A stretch of 63,917 nt of DNA, counting the filler. It is 15 parts of 15 records of this genome, joined end to end, with 100 filler letters (N's around TTAATTAATTAA, not from the genome) between each part and the next. Parts side by side here need not be neighbours in the genome. Positions count along the whole stretch, not along the records: positions 12,907 to 16,435 come from SRR7504441_15595; positions 16,536 to 24,774 come from SRR7504441_15603; positions 24,875 to 28,877 come from SRR7504441_15604; 12 more parts are not named here. One strand, 5' to 3'. Below the pieces are notes generated by a model. That model saw only the letters and a list, made by a program, of their open reading frames with translations. It was not told the DNA's origin and did not search any database. The position numbers were made by a program, and so were the translations under genes. Positions 13,728 through 26,193 of this stretch are shown one piece after another. Numbering within the stretch: the stretch's first letter is position 1; each line of letters starts with the position of its first letter.

Positions 13728-15067
13728 ATGGCTGTAGGTGCGCGACAGGTGCGCGCAGCTCCGGTGGCCGCCAGACAAATGAGCCTGGCGGCTTGGACAG
13801 ACACCACGGCGCCCTTCGCACCGGCACCGCAAGCGGCTCTTCTCGGAGCCGGGCGTGCCCAAACCGCCCGCCGGGTCGCCCAGACTGCCGCCGATCAAAA
13901 CCAAGTTCAACATACCAACCCCGCCAGATCGAATCGACGCGCTCATCACCCCCCGCCGGGTGATCGGTCAATAGTCAGCGCTGACCGACCGGCCGCAGGG
14001 GCGGGCGTCGGAGGCCGTCGAGGCGACCAACTCAACCCGCCGGCAGAGTGCGCTGGATACAGTCAATGGGATCCTGAGCGATATCGGATACTATCGGCAC
14101 TTCACCCACCACGACAGCCCGCCCGAGCCCACCCGTCGTGCTAGGGCCCAGAGCCTGCCCCCGTGCGGCGCTGACGGGTGGTATCGAGAGAAGCTTGCCG
14201 AGGGCTGGTCCTACGAGAGGTACAAGGAGCGCTACAACCAAGCAACGGAGGTACTCTCCGGCCGGCCACCGTCTCGGAACAGCATGGAACGCTTCAAGAA
14301 GCGCAAAGAAGACGACGAGGTGGGCTGGTCGGCTGGCGCCGGCTCGTGAAGGTGGCACAGAATGCGGTTCTGATTGTGAGCAAATGTGTCAAGTCCCCCA
14401 CCCTGCATGCCGTGGTGCGGAAGGTGCTGACCAGCTGGCAAATGAAATCTGAGATGGACGCACTTCACTGGTGGGCCGACAACAAGGTGATGTTCGAGCT
14501 CAATCTTCTCAAGGGCCGCAGATTCTGGAACAAGGTGCGCCGGTGCGGCACAGCGGGCAAGCGGCTGGGTGCTGCAGATGAAACAGTTCATGGGCACATT
14601 TCGCGCGATTGAGTCCTGGCGAGAGAACAAGAGACATTTGTCGCTCATCATCGTCGAGGCAAGCCGCCTGCCGCTGCTAAGATGACAGCTGAACACAGGA
14701 TGAGGAGCACGAGGATGACAAAGCAGCTGCCAAAGAAGCTGCAGACTTTGCACGCCGGTTTCTATCGGCTGTAGATGACGACGACGACGGTGGGTTGTCG
14801 TGGTGTGAATTGAAGGCAGCAGTGCGCATCATGATGCGAAGAGGTGATCATCTGTCCTTGCCAATCTGCTCATTGTATGCCATAGGGTATTTCAAGGAAA
14901 CAGACGAGTTTCAATGGTATGTGAAGGCTTCTATTTGGCTGATGAACGATAGAAACTTTCAAAAGTACGACATAAATGGCGTCGGTGTAATCGAAGAGAA
15001 GGAGCTTGCTGAAGCAATGTTAGTGTTCCTAAGAGATCATTGGAAGTACGAGGGCACGCTGTGGTGA
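13728..15067 (+). CDS. EF-hand protein (multi-exon, start uncertain)
   Basis: C-terminal EF-hand pair VDDDDDGGLSWCEL and YDINGVGVIEEKEL; several short GT-AG introns upstream. Confidence 0.5.
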
Positions 15068-15258
15068 CGACATGAGCTGTTGCATCCTCTGTAGGATTCT
15101 CGAGTAAAATGATTATAGTAAGTACTCGCAACACGCAATAACTTGAGGTCTTTCAATACACTCCCTTTTACGTCGAGTGCTTTACGTACGCATTGTATGT
15201 CATCAAATAATTTGAATACACCCGTCTAGTTTTAATCTATGAATATGAAGAGAGTATA

Positions 15259-16338
15259 CTAGAGTCCTTTGAACTCCTCACGGCATCTGTCTAAGTCTTC
15301 GTCCAATGCTTCTTGGTGAGGCGCGCTCTGATTTGCTTTTTTGGATCGAACACGCTCCTTAGCTGTGGCTGGAACCTGCCCAGCCACACCAATGCTCAAC
15401 GCGGCCAGCCAGTCCAGCACCTTGAGCGGTATCAGTCTACCACCGTAGAGCAGCCGAGCCGCCATGATCTGGGGCTGGTCGAGCGTCACTTGCAGGCCGA
15501 GGCACCCAGCATTCGCAAGTTTGCAACTCCTAAGCGTGTCCGCCATCCTGCCCACCATACTCGCCAGCCGCGCGCGATGCCAGTCACTCTGGGCAGTCGG
15601 CCTGCATCAGCCCGCCCTCGGGCAGCAGCGCCCTGACCAGCTCCACGAAGATGCCCGAATGCCCGACCAGGATCACGCCCGGGACACTATCAGCAGCATC
15701 GGAGTTATGCCCGAGCAAGCTGCCGACCAGCTGCCGGGTGCGCTTTGCAACATCCTTGCTCGAGTCGTAGAACGAGCTCCACCACTTGCTGCCGCACTCG
15801 CCAAGGCCACAACGGACAGGCCGGAGCCGCTCAGCCTCGGGCAGATGCTCGGCCAGGCAATCAATGGCCCGCTCGATGATCTGGCCGCCCACCGCCACAC
15901 CCAGGCAGTCCCGGTTGCCGATCCCGTGCTTGATCTCCCGCACCTTCTTCTCCAGGCTCAGTCCAAACTCTGCCAACCCGCTGTGCCCGTCCAGCGCCAC
16001 CAACGCCGTGCTCTGTCCGCCTGCTCGCGGCCGGGTTAACAGCCGCGCACCAATGCCCGCGTGAAGGGCGAGCTGACCACCGTGCCGGCCGAGCAGAAGC
16101 CCTGGTGCATGCTCTCGGCGAGCTGGTCGTTGGCCCCGGTCAGCGAGGCTACGCCGGCGCGCCAGGCCCTGTTGAGCTCGAGCGCCTGTTGCACCCCGGC
16201 GGACGAGAGCGGGTGGTCGGCGTGCTTCATCTGCTCCAGCCGCACGCTGGCCTGCCCAGTGGCCTTGGCCGCGTTCCAGGTCGACTCGCCGTGCCGGACC
16301 AGGAACAGCCAGAACGACCTGCCCTCGGCGGGCTCCAT
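15259..16338 (-). CDS. Histidine phosphatase (phosphoglycerate mutase-like) family protein
   Basis: LFLVRHGES, DHPLS..G..QA, VVSSPFTRA and ILVGHS. Two GT-AG introns join three frames. Confidence 0.85.
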
Positions 16339-16535
16339 CGGCTGCAGATTGAGAGAAACGGAAGCACTTGCCGTTGGACAGCTCAGCAGCCGAGATGGAG
16401 CGTGGTAACACTCTAACACCCACGCAGTGTTTTTANNNNNNNNNNNNNNNNNNNNNNNNNNNNNNNNNNNNNNNNNNNNTTAATTAATTAANNNNNNNNN
16501 NNNNNNNNNNNNNNNNNNNNNNNNNNNNNNNNNNN

Positions 16536-19105
16536 CCTGGGTCTGTCCGCCGACCAACTCCCCGACGCCGCGCGTGCTGCCCGCCCCGTGCTCGCGCAGG
16601 TGCAGCCATCGATCCGGTGTCGAGCTGCTCGCCGGCGGCCGATATTAAGCCGCGTGGTTGCAGCGCCCCCCAAGGGCAGCTCCTGGAATATGATTACTCG
16701 GGGCAAACGATCCAGGGTATGGTGGCCCACCAGATGGGCAAGCTTCTCGCCAGTGGCGTCGAGGACACATGTGCGTTTCTTGGAGGGGACGACGGCAAAT
16801 CAATCAAAAAGAAAATAGATCAGGCAAGCATCCAACCCGCCCTAACCCGAGCCCCGAGCCCCGAGCCCTGGTTAGGCCACTGAGTGAGCGGGGCCGTGGT
16901 CAGATCCAGGACGACATTGATGCGAAGCGGCACGAAATTAACGCAATACACGGCGAGGCTAAAGATCATCACGATCTTGAGTATAGGCAAGGCTGGAGAT
17001 GCGGTGACTATGTCCACCGTGAGGAGTGGGTTAGCATAGGAGGGGGTTTCGCGTCATATGATATGGGCGACACTGATCCGCAGGCCCTGACCAAGCGATA
17101 CACCAACGCAGGGACCACGACATACTTCATTTCGACTGATGACGTGCGTAGCGGGAAGAAGAAGGCGCCGATCGAATGGTGCGCCAATCAGTGCATCAAT
17201 GGTGCGGGGAAGGACACGTGCGTCCTTGCCACAGTTGTTGTCTACAACGAGACAGAGGCTGCATACATGCAGACACGCTCCGCTGCACACTACGCTGCAT
17301 ACATGCATACACGCTACGGCGATTGTAAAGATCTGCGGAACACCAAGAATCAGACGTTTGATTCTGCTACTATGAAGTGCGCAGGCACCTGCACCCTCCA
17401 CCATGTCGGTACACCGGTGGCTTTCGAGTCGAATGTGCAGGCGATGAATCGCGCCTACGAAATCGAGTCAAATATGGCCATTGGAGCCGCCAAATATTCC
17501 CATCCGTCCGATTATAGTCGCAGACGTCCAATCAGGAGACGTAGATCAGGCCCTTTGATTAAGTCTTACACGGGGTTGGGGGCGCGATGGACCGCCTTGC
17601 CGATGTTGACCAAGGGACTCGTGAAGGAGTATTGTCATGACAGTCAGTACCTTGACTACACCGTCCCGCCCAATCAGTGGCTCTACACCCGGATTGACAT
17701 GTATCGAACCCCAATCAGTGGCTATACACCCGACGTGCTGGCCCACCGCACATGCGCAACAGGCCAGCACTACGAACGTCCTGTTTCCACGTCCTGTGCC
17801 TATAAGGTGCCTAAAGACGACCCGGATTGCTACGAGCCGGCAGATTGCACTTTTGCTCCTGCTGCTCACGTTTGCGATATTGGCGGAAACGCAACACACA
17901 TGCCGCCTGTCATCAATCCAATCGGTACAACCCCCTACTCAAGCTGGGCGGAGGGCGAGGAGGACTTCCCACGATTGGGATCATATCGAAAAGCTGGACA
18001 GGTGCTGTATGAAGGTAAAAGCATCGGTGCGGCCGATGAAGCCCTGGAAACTGACTACATCCGTAAATGGGGGGTCCACCGTTGCACTGTTTTGTGTAAG
18101 CAGAGGGGCCTCTGTAAGAATGCCCTGATCAGAAGGGTCGGTAAGAACGTGCTCTGTTTCTTGCTCAAGTCTTGCGACAAGGATACCCCTCAGCAGAAGC
18201 GCATAGTTTCTCAGGGTGAATGGAGTTATGTTTATGTGTACATGCATCCCCACGGTGAACTCACTCAGAAGGTCGGCCAAATCCAGAACGACCTAGACGA
18301 TCTCAAAGAGCAACTCAGTAAACACCAGATCAAGCTCGAGAAAGAACTCTGCGTCAAAATGTCCCAATTTGTTCAAGATGTGTTTGACACTTCGATGAAG
18401 GAATTAATCGACGACTTTAAGGCCAAGGCATGCTTGTGGGCGGCGTGGGGTTTCAAAGCAGTTGCCGCGGGTGCACAGCTTGCTTGGACCTCAACTTTTG
18501 GTGCAGAGCAAGCTGTGGCGGTAGCTGCTTCTGGGAGTTGGTTCTGCGCGGACTTGACAGGTGACAAGACTGAAGCAGTTGACGCCTTTTCCCAAGTTTG
18601 CGCAGGGTACCTTTGGCAAAACGTGGACGGGTTCAAAATCGGACCTGGTACATACCGATATAAGTGTGTAGCTGGATTCGTGTCTATGATCGCATGGTTC
18701 ATGGATGAAGTTGGCCTAACACTGAAGTGGGGCGAGACTTTCCTTCAGATCACAAGACTGACAGACTGGATCTTGCAGATGGCAATGGACGCATGGTGCG
18801 GCCAGTGGGTTACTGTCCTGATGAGCATTGTCGAGGATTTTGTCTTGTGCCAAAAAGAGATTGATGGTAAAAAGTGCAGCGAGGAGCTCAAACTGAGCAA
18901 ATATGTCTGCGATATGACAAGACTGATTACAGAAGGTGCCGAGAGCGTTGCTGGTGCCGTTGTCAATACAGTTGCGTGTCGGAGGAGGGCCACTTGTGCG
19001 GGCGAGACAGACCCAGGACCAGCTGCCATCCAGCCATCGCCAACGATGCCTCCTACTATTCCGATTGATACCTGGGGTACCAAGTGGCAGGGTTATGGCG
19101 ATTGA
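16536..19105 (+). CDS. 5'-truncated Cys-rich, probably secreted protein with PAN/apple-like modules and a helical Cys-rich C-terminal domain
   Basis: 778-codon ORF joined to an upstream exon by GC-AG intron 16824-16903 (KKIDQ|IQDDID). CxxxCxxxxxC patterns (WCANQC, RCTVLCKQRGLC). Confidence 0.55.
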
Positions 19106-19285
19106 TATAGCAATGGTCAACGATCTCTTATGTCAATCAAATGAATGGAACAACGCCTTTGCGCATACCGCCTGAAGGCCAACAATGGTGGTAAATTTAG
19201 CGAGGCCAATTATGTTAGAGTGAGCATAAACTACATGTTTAGCTCCCCCGTATTAAATGCGAAGCAGTTTATAGCTGCGAACGTG

Positions 19286-19315
19286 CCACCGCCGGTAAAA
19301 ACCACCGCCGGTAAA
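19286..19315. repeat. Tandem duplication CCACCGCCGGTAAA x2
   Basis: Exact 14-mer repeated with a 16-bp period upstream of the 19416 gene. Confidence 0.8.
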
Positions 19316-19415
19316 GACTCGCGTCCGTTGGTCCCGCCTCTCCGGAGCCGAGCCGAAGACGAACTGGACCCCAGTTCGTCTCTAAGCCGGCCGGGAGCGA
19401 GCGGCTGATGGCTCG

Positions 19416-22400
19416 ATGGGCGCATGTGGATCCGCAGAGGCCACACCACAGCCTCAGAAGGTGATTGCAGGCACAACTGCCCGACTGCAGCGGCAGCACC
19501 GGCCGCGCCCTGCCGACCTGAACCCGGCACCGCCCGAACGGGCAGTCGACACCGGCATGCGCCCGGCCTTTCTCTACCCGCCACCGCCCGCGCCGATGGG
19601 CTGCGGTTGCTCGACCAGCCTCGCTCCGGCCACGGCCAGCCCCCGGTCGGCCACCGCGCGGTCGCACCAGGAGGCCGATGCGCAGCCGGCGCCCTTCCTA
19701 TACCAGCACAAGCTGGCCCGGTTCGGCATGCCGCCACCGCCCGAGGGACTGCCCGTGGGCGAACCGCTGCCGCTACCGCCCGAGGGGGCGTGGAGGGCGG
19801 TGCCTGAGGCGAGGACCTTCTTCAGCGACCTGGATGACATCCGGGCCTCGCACAAGGTGCTCGATCGTGACGCCGACGGATTCCTCGGGGTGGACGACTT
19901 TGTGATCGCCCTGGGCCTGGACCGGTGCCAGCCAGAGTATGGGGTGGGGCTGACCGGTGGTGCAGGGCGGCGGTAGGCAGCGTGATTGGGCAGTATGACA
20001 AGGACGGGGACGGCATGCTGTCCTGTCCAGAGTATGCCGAGCTGTGCCGGGACCGCAAGTTCCTCAATGAGGTAGGTGAGCAGATGGCCGGACCGTACAG
20101 GATGTCAGATTTCAACGGGAAAAGCTTCAAGGACCATCAGTACGGCGTGCACCCGCTCGAGCCCAAATTCGGTCAGGCCACGCGCACGGCTAAATATGCG
20201 TCCACCACTTGGCGGACCGATGATATTCAAACGACCACCGACCCGTTTGACGACGCAACCGAAGACGCCAAGCAGTATGCGCTGCTTGGGCAGTGGTGTC
20301 CGGGTCTGTTCGTCTCGCACTGGGAGGCGCACCGGGGTAGCCGAGAGCTGGCCGAGTATGCGAGCCAGGCGGAGCATTACGGACTGCACTACAACTGTTC
20401 GCTACTGGATGCTTTCCTCAAGTCAGCCAATGGCGGACCTCCGATGAGCACCAACATTCGCAGAGGTGAGCACGGGCGGACTGTTACTGGTGAGAGCATG
20501 GAGACTGTACTCTCGAGGGTTTACAAGCTAGCCGAGAGGATGAAAGCGGCCAAGCTCGAAAGCAACGATCCGGAGGTCCCTGAGTTACTCCGCGGTTTGG
20601 ACGACTCTGAGCGGCTCGTGGTGGCTGGATTCCTGAGCAAGAAGTTCCTTGGGTGTAGCCACCAGCCGGGCGGGGTCGATGGCTGGGTCCAAGGCGTGCT
20701 CGATATGCAACCGGGCGAGTGGCGCTGGGGGGGACATGGGATTGCCACCCCAGGTGTGGGTCACGCCATCGCTAGAGTGTATGAAAAGCTGTCTGACAGC
20801 GAACTTCGCGTGACCAGCTGTGACAGTGGCGGCTGCCTTGGGCCTGGCGGCACTATCGGCAACCCAGGCCCGACTAACGAGCTCACAGGTCTGGACGGCA
20901 AAGGCCGGAATGCGTGGAGCACTGTTTGGCCAATTAAAGGCAACGGTGGGGCTGCGAGAGATGGCGAGTTGGGTGGGGCGCTTGACGATTGCGTGATGCA
21001 TCTGCTGCACCGGGACGTTTCGTGGCCGGACAAGTTGCACAGTGGGTTTGGGTATGGCCCAGGCACAGGCTGGTCGATGATGGAGGCCACCGGGAAGAAT
21101 CACCTGAGAGAAATCATGCACAAGCCGTACAACCACTTGGGCGGGTACGAGGTTGGTCAGCGCACCGACCAGTGCAGCCACCGCGGCCCTGTGCAAGCCA
21201 TGCACTACCTATGGCGACGATCAGGCCTGAGCAAGAGCCAGTCCAAGGAGATTTTCCAAGCAGTTCGGCTAATGATCATTGTCCAGACTGGCGAGCGGCT
21301 GGCAGCTATCCGCGCAGCAGACGGTTGCGCGGAGGCTTACTTGAGTGGACATGGTCATCAGACCGGGATTGGGATGGCACCCGCAGGACCGCTGATGAGC
21401 CAGCTGATCGGGATGCAGGAATACTGGCTCATCAAAAGCGGAGTCTGCATGTGTGCCCAGAACGCGCTCAAGCTGCACGATAGAGGGCGCATGACGCTGT
21501 CTGACCTTCGGCTCTGCACCGCTGTATGCCGCCGAGTCTGCCAGCTCTTACCGCATGAATCGCACTACTGGTTTCCACTGCCGCCAGTGCTGTCTCCACG
21601 TGCAATGGGCACCCCAGTATGTGTGTCAGGGCATAGCGGTGCATTGACTGATGAGCTTCGGCGTGCTTCTCCTTGGGACCCTTCGCTCCTGGGTGGGCCT
21701 CAGGACCAGGCTAAGGCTGCACACTTGAACATGGTCAAGCTTGCTGAGATGTGCAGCAGCGCAGAGACTATCACTGAGTTGCGACAAGCATTGGCGGCGT
21801 GTGTCGAATCTTGCGATTGGCTGAAGGCTCAGCAAGCAGACGTGGCGCTCAATTTGATCCACATTCAGAACCTTGTCCACCATATATTCGCTAGCGGTGC
21901 TCTGCCTGTCCCCCCACCTGAAGCTGCATCCATATATTTCAAAACTCAGAAAGAGACAGAGGCGTATTATGAAAAGTATAAGGGCCTGCCATGGGCCAAC
22001 CTGAGCGATTACGATAGTGCAGCGGCAGTGGCCGAGTATCTGGTGCAATTGATGTGTGAGATGGCTGCTGCCTCTGCCTCACTGCCCTTCTCGTTGGAAG
22101 TGCAAGCACTGGATCAGGTGTCAATTGGTGCGGCACTGAGCATGCTCGACGCTCTGCTCATGGTTCCGCTGCCTGTCGAAGCTTCGACCAATAGTAAGAT
22201 TCCAGCTATCTTACAGGCAGGCTACCGGGATTACAACCTGTTTTGCACTTCGTCAAGCGGTGCATCGTTCGCCATGACAACAGCATCCTGCCCGTTTACC
22301 AGCCCAGAAGCCCTCGACACTAGAGCTCAGGTGCAAAAGTACTTCAGACATGCTAGCACACGCCATGATGAAGCTGGTAAATTATTCGATTGGGCTCCTG

Positions 22401-24774
22401 GGTGTCATAAGAGCATTAAGGAGCTGGCTGGATTCTGTGCGCTACATTTGATAGGGCCTGACAAAACTCGCGAGTTTTTCTACATCGCAGCAGAGAATGC
22501 AGGTCTCAAGCCCAAGACAGAGCAGACCGACAACAGAGAGGGAGGCACTGCTCCTTTTCTGATGGAAGAGCGAATTCGGTTGTACGATCATTTCAAGGAA
22601 AATGGCTTCAAGTATTCAACTGACATGGAGATTCTTCATCTTCCTAAGCACCCTGAGATGGGTTTCAAGCTGTACTGGGCTTGTGGGGATAAGAGTCAGA
22701 ATGCACTCTTTGCCAAAGATCCACTTTGCATGGCTTTTAGAGATATGCACTTCCTCTTTCGAATTCTGATGGAGCCGCACCATGACAATTACCAGACATA
22801 TAAAAAAAGTGGTGCTGACATTGAGCCTGGCAAGCGCTTCAGTGCTGACCAGGCTCGGCCAAAGGTTCACGTGATGGGTTCTGATGGAGACGTTGCTTCT
22901 CAGGGTATCTGTGTGCAGGCTTTTCAGCGGGTACAGATCTTTGGAAGGCCTCCCCAGGTGAGCATGTCAAGCATCTTTCATCCCGCCCTCAGTGGCAACG
23001 ACAGTGGGCTTGAGCTAGATGAGATTGGTCGCAAGAAGTTGTCGGAGTATCAAAGCAAGCACATGCTGTGCCTTGATAACTGGAAAGCAAATGTTGACGT
23101 CCAGCCGAACCTCGGTAAAGATATGGAAGAGGCATTGCTCCACAATGGGCTCACGGAAGAAGACATTGTGCATGCACCCAACCTTTTGGACTTCAAGGGC
23201 ACTTTCTCTCAAGAAGAGTCGGAGCTGTTCTTCACCTATTTGACAGCGCCAACGATGCGAGCATCCTTGCTCCTGCACTTCTTTGCTCAGAACAGGGTTC
23301 AGGCACTCCAAGTTCAAGAGATCAGGAGGGTTCTGTTCGCTGCTGTACTCTCTCCAGGCAACTTTCCAGAGGAGTCTCAGTCACATGAGAGACCAATCGA
23401 TACCATCCCAGCCACAGGCTTGGATTCCAAGTTCGACGAGAACCGGCTTCGTTGGAGTGTTGGCATCCTTCATGCAGACCTGACATATAGTCCTGGTGCA
23501 CTATTGTGTCCACTCATAGCCCTTCTGGAGGCGTTTCATGATATGGCGTGCACTAGCACATTCACTGGGATCTATGTGCCATCATTCATGGACATTGCGC
23601 GTCTTTCTGCCATTGTTTACGAACATGCTGCATTTGTACTGGATAAGTCGATCAAAAGAAAAAGTGCCAGCCCCGGGGCTATTGATGACGATGGCTGCAT
23701 GGCGCCCTCACAAGCTGTGATCGATCAGCTAATTGATCATATGCGAACTCTACATTCCTGCCTGCTCACGAAAGCCATGCCTTTGGTGGAAAAGTGGCTG
23801 CGACAAGTAGCAACACGCGCTTCGCGTACTCAGCAGCGCATGCAAGCCAGAGCTGGAGTTGGAGGGGCTACTCAGGCGGAGGTGAGTACTGCAGAAGCAC
23901 AAGAAGATGCAACCAAGGCTCAGTTTCTCAGCGAAATGTCTGCAAAGCTTGGTGCGCACTTAGCCATCCTGGCGGTGCCATTCAGAAGTTCACTTTATGA
24001 TGAGAGCACAGCTCCCGCTTTCCTTCAGGCAATGGTCGCACTAAATAAAGGCTACATGGAAGGTAAGAAGTCTTAATTCTGGCATGACTTGTTGAGTATA
24101 TGTGTGTTGAAGGCCTGGGTGGTAAGCTTTGGGTCGACTACGATACAGGCCCAGCAGCAGCACCAGCGGGGTCCTCTTGGCTTTATCACACTTGGGAAAT
24201 TTATGCAGGTGTTGAGGGCTACTGGCCAAGTTATCCCGACTCATCCCAGAACGAACCAGCCCCTCTGCCTATGTCATCGCCTGAAACTGCCCTCGGCTCT
24301 TGCCCACTTCAGGCTCCTTATGCCTGCCTGGCGAGGAGGCGACTAGCCCTGTTTGCGTTCTTTGCTGCGCAGCACGCAGAAGTCGGGACTGCACAAGAGC
24401 GAGTACTGACACATACTGTGCAAACAGCAGCAAAGAGTTCGAGTATATCTTGGGCGGCACTCCTTCGGGAGGGCGAACACGCTCAGAAGCAACGTAAGCA
24501 GAGAGGCATGGACAAGAAGAATGAATCACGGATCGATGCATTTGTGCAGGCTGCTCGAGAGGTTGTAATCGAATATGAACAGATGGGTGCTCCACTCGAA
24601 GCTCAACGGGACATCGCTCTAGTCACTATTGTCAACCTTGGTGGTTCAGAGCAAGAAGCGATGCAAGTTTGCGATGAAGTGCTTCCCAGTGCGAATGAAA
24701 AAATCGTCCAGGAGGCTGCTACAGCGTGCAGACCATCTGCCACATTGTTTGGACCATGGGTTCGAGGAAAGCTG
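19416..24774 (+). CDS. Giant (over 1,700 aa, 3'-truncated) N-acylated EF-hand protein
   Basis: MGACGS N-myristoylation/palmitoylation motif. EF loops DRDADGFLGVDDF and DKDGDGMLSCPEY. Introns at about 19925-19965 and 24063-24112 join ORFs 19416, 19925-24076 and 24100. Confidence 0.75.
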
Positions 24775-25510
24775 NNNNNNNNNNNNNNNNNNNNNNNNNN
24801 NNNNNNNNNNNNNNNNNNTTAATTAATTAANNNNNNNNNNNNNNNNNNNNNNNNNNNNNNNNNNNNNNNNNNNNCACCTCCAATGGTGAGACTAGAATGT
24901 TATTATTAAGCTCAAGGCATGCCGTGAATGCCAGTTTCTGCGATCGCGCGAGCAGCGGGGGCGCAAGCGGAAGGCCGCCGAACTAGCTTAGCTTAATTAA
25001 AATATTTTAAAGTGGGACTACAGGTACCTGACAGCAGGGATATATATATAATAAAATATTAAATAAAAAGCACCAAAATAACTTTCGCAGCCGTGCAGAG
25101 GGTTTGGCGCCGCATTGATCTCAAAAACTGGCCGCCCTCAAGTGACCCGTCCGGACCCAGATATACTGACGAAGCAATACATTACAATAGATCTATAACA
25201 TGATCATGAGCAAGAAGAACAACTCATGTCGATCGCAACTGGTCCTCACGAGCTTCGAGATCTATGCAAGGCAAAAGCTCACAAAGGGTGATGTCAGTGA
25301 TGTGCAACCCAGCGCACGTCTAAAGTGCTCGAAGTGGATTCACGGGAACACACATATGAATCTATTGGTATGCCGATGCGCGTTTATTGATATCGGCCCC
25401 AAGGACAAGCTGTGACAAATACAGTTCTATCGAATACTGTGAGTTTTATATGAAGTACTCATAAGTGGCCGATTGTGATCCAAAAGCCAGCAAAGTGCGG
25501 CATCTCAAGC

Positions 25511-26067
25511 TCATTGCGCAATCTGTCAACACCATCATCAATCGGCCCAGCCGGGTGCGTGGCACCTTGACTTCCACCGTGGCCGCGTTGGTCTCCTTGA
25601 TGGAAGGGTAGTCACTGAGGGACAGTGGATCCATCATCGGCTTCCCGTCTAGAAACAGCGTCTGCCACCAGATCAGCGCCCGCATCGGCGGACCGGCCGG
25701 CACCACTTGGTGGTATTCGCAGCCCAGGCTCTCGGCCACCTTCATCTTCATGTGCCCAACCTCCTGGCCCTGCTTGAACTGCCACCCACTGTGCGCCCCA
25801 ATCGGCAACCGGCCGGCACCTCCTCCTCGGCCTCCATCCCATCCTCGAATTTAAACAGCGCCTGCCGCCAGCCCGGCTCGCCCCGCGCCGCCCGGCCGCG
25901 CGCACCATCACGGAATCGCCGGCGGCGTTCTCCTCCTCCTCGGCCTTGGTGATGGACTGCTCGGTACGAGTCTGCTCGAACGCCGTGGTCTCGCCGGCGG
26001 CCGCCTCCACCGAGACATCCCCGTACTCCTCGTCGTCCGAGTCGTCGTCGATGTTGTTCGCCGACAT
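25511..26067 (-). CDS. Small ubiquitin-like protein with acidic N-terminus
   Basis: Spliced FKQGQEVGHMKMKVAESLGCEYHQ|TLFLDGKPMMDPLSLSDYP beta-grasp pattern; 4 micro-introns. Confidence 0.7.
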
Positions 26068-26193
26068 CTGCCGTCACACCGCTCAAACCCAGGCGCCCTG
26101 TCTCGGGAGACATCACCTCCCTTGATCCAAAATGTTGAGTTTCCGTTACTAATCGAGCAGAGTGGCCGCGGTGGCTGACGCGGTCCTCGGGTC

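Noticed and set aside
16839-16850. Telomere repeat CCCTAACCC
   Set aside because: A single unit inside an intron, not an array.
24875-25450. AT-rich segment and ORF 25200-25415 as possible transposon end or ncRNA
   Set aside because: No TIR pair, transposase or RNA-gene motif visible. The CTAGCT(T/A)(A/G)GCTTAATTAA similarity to about 12775 is too short to support a call.
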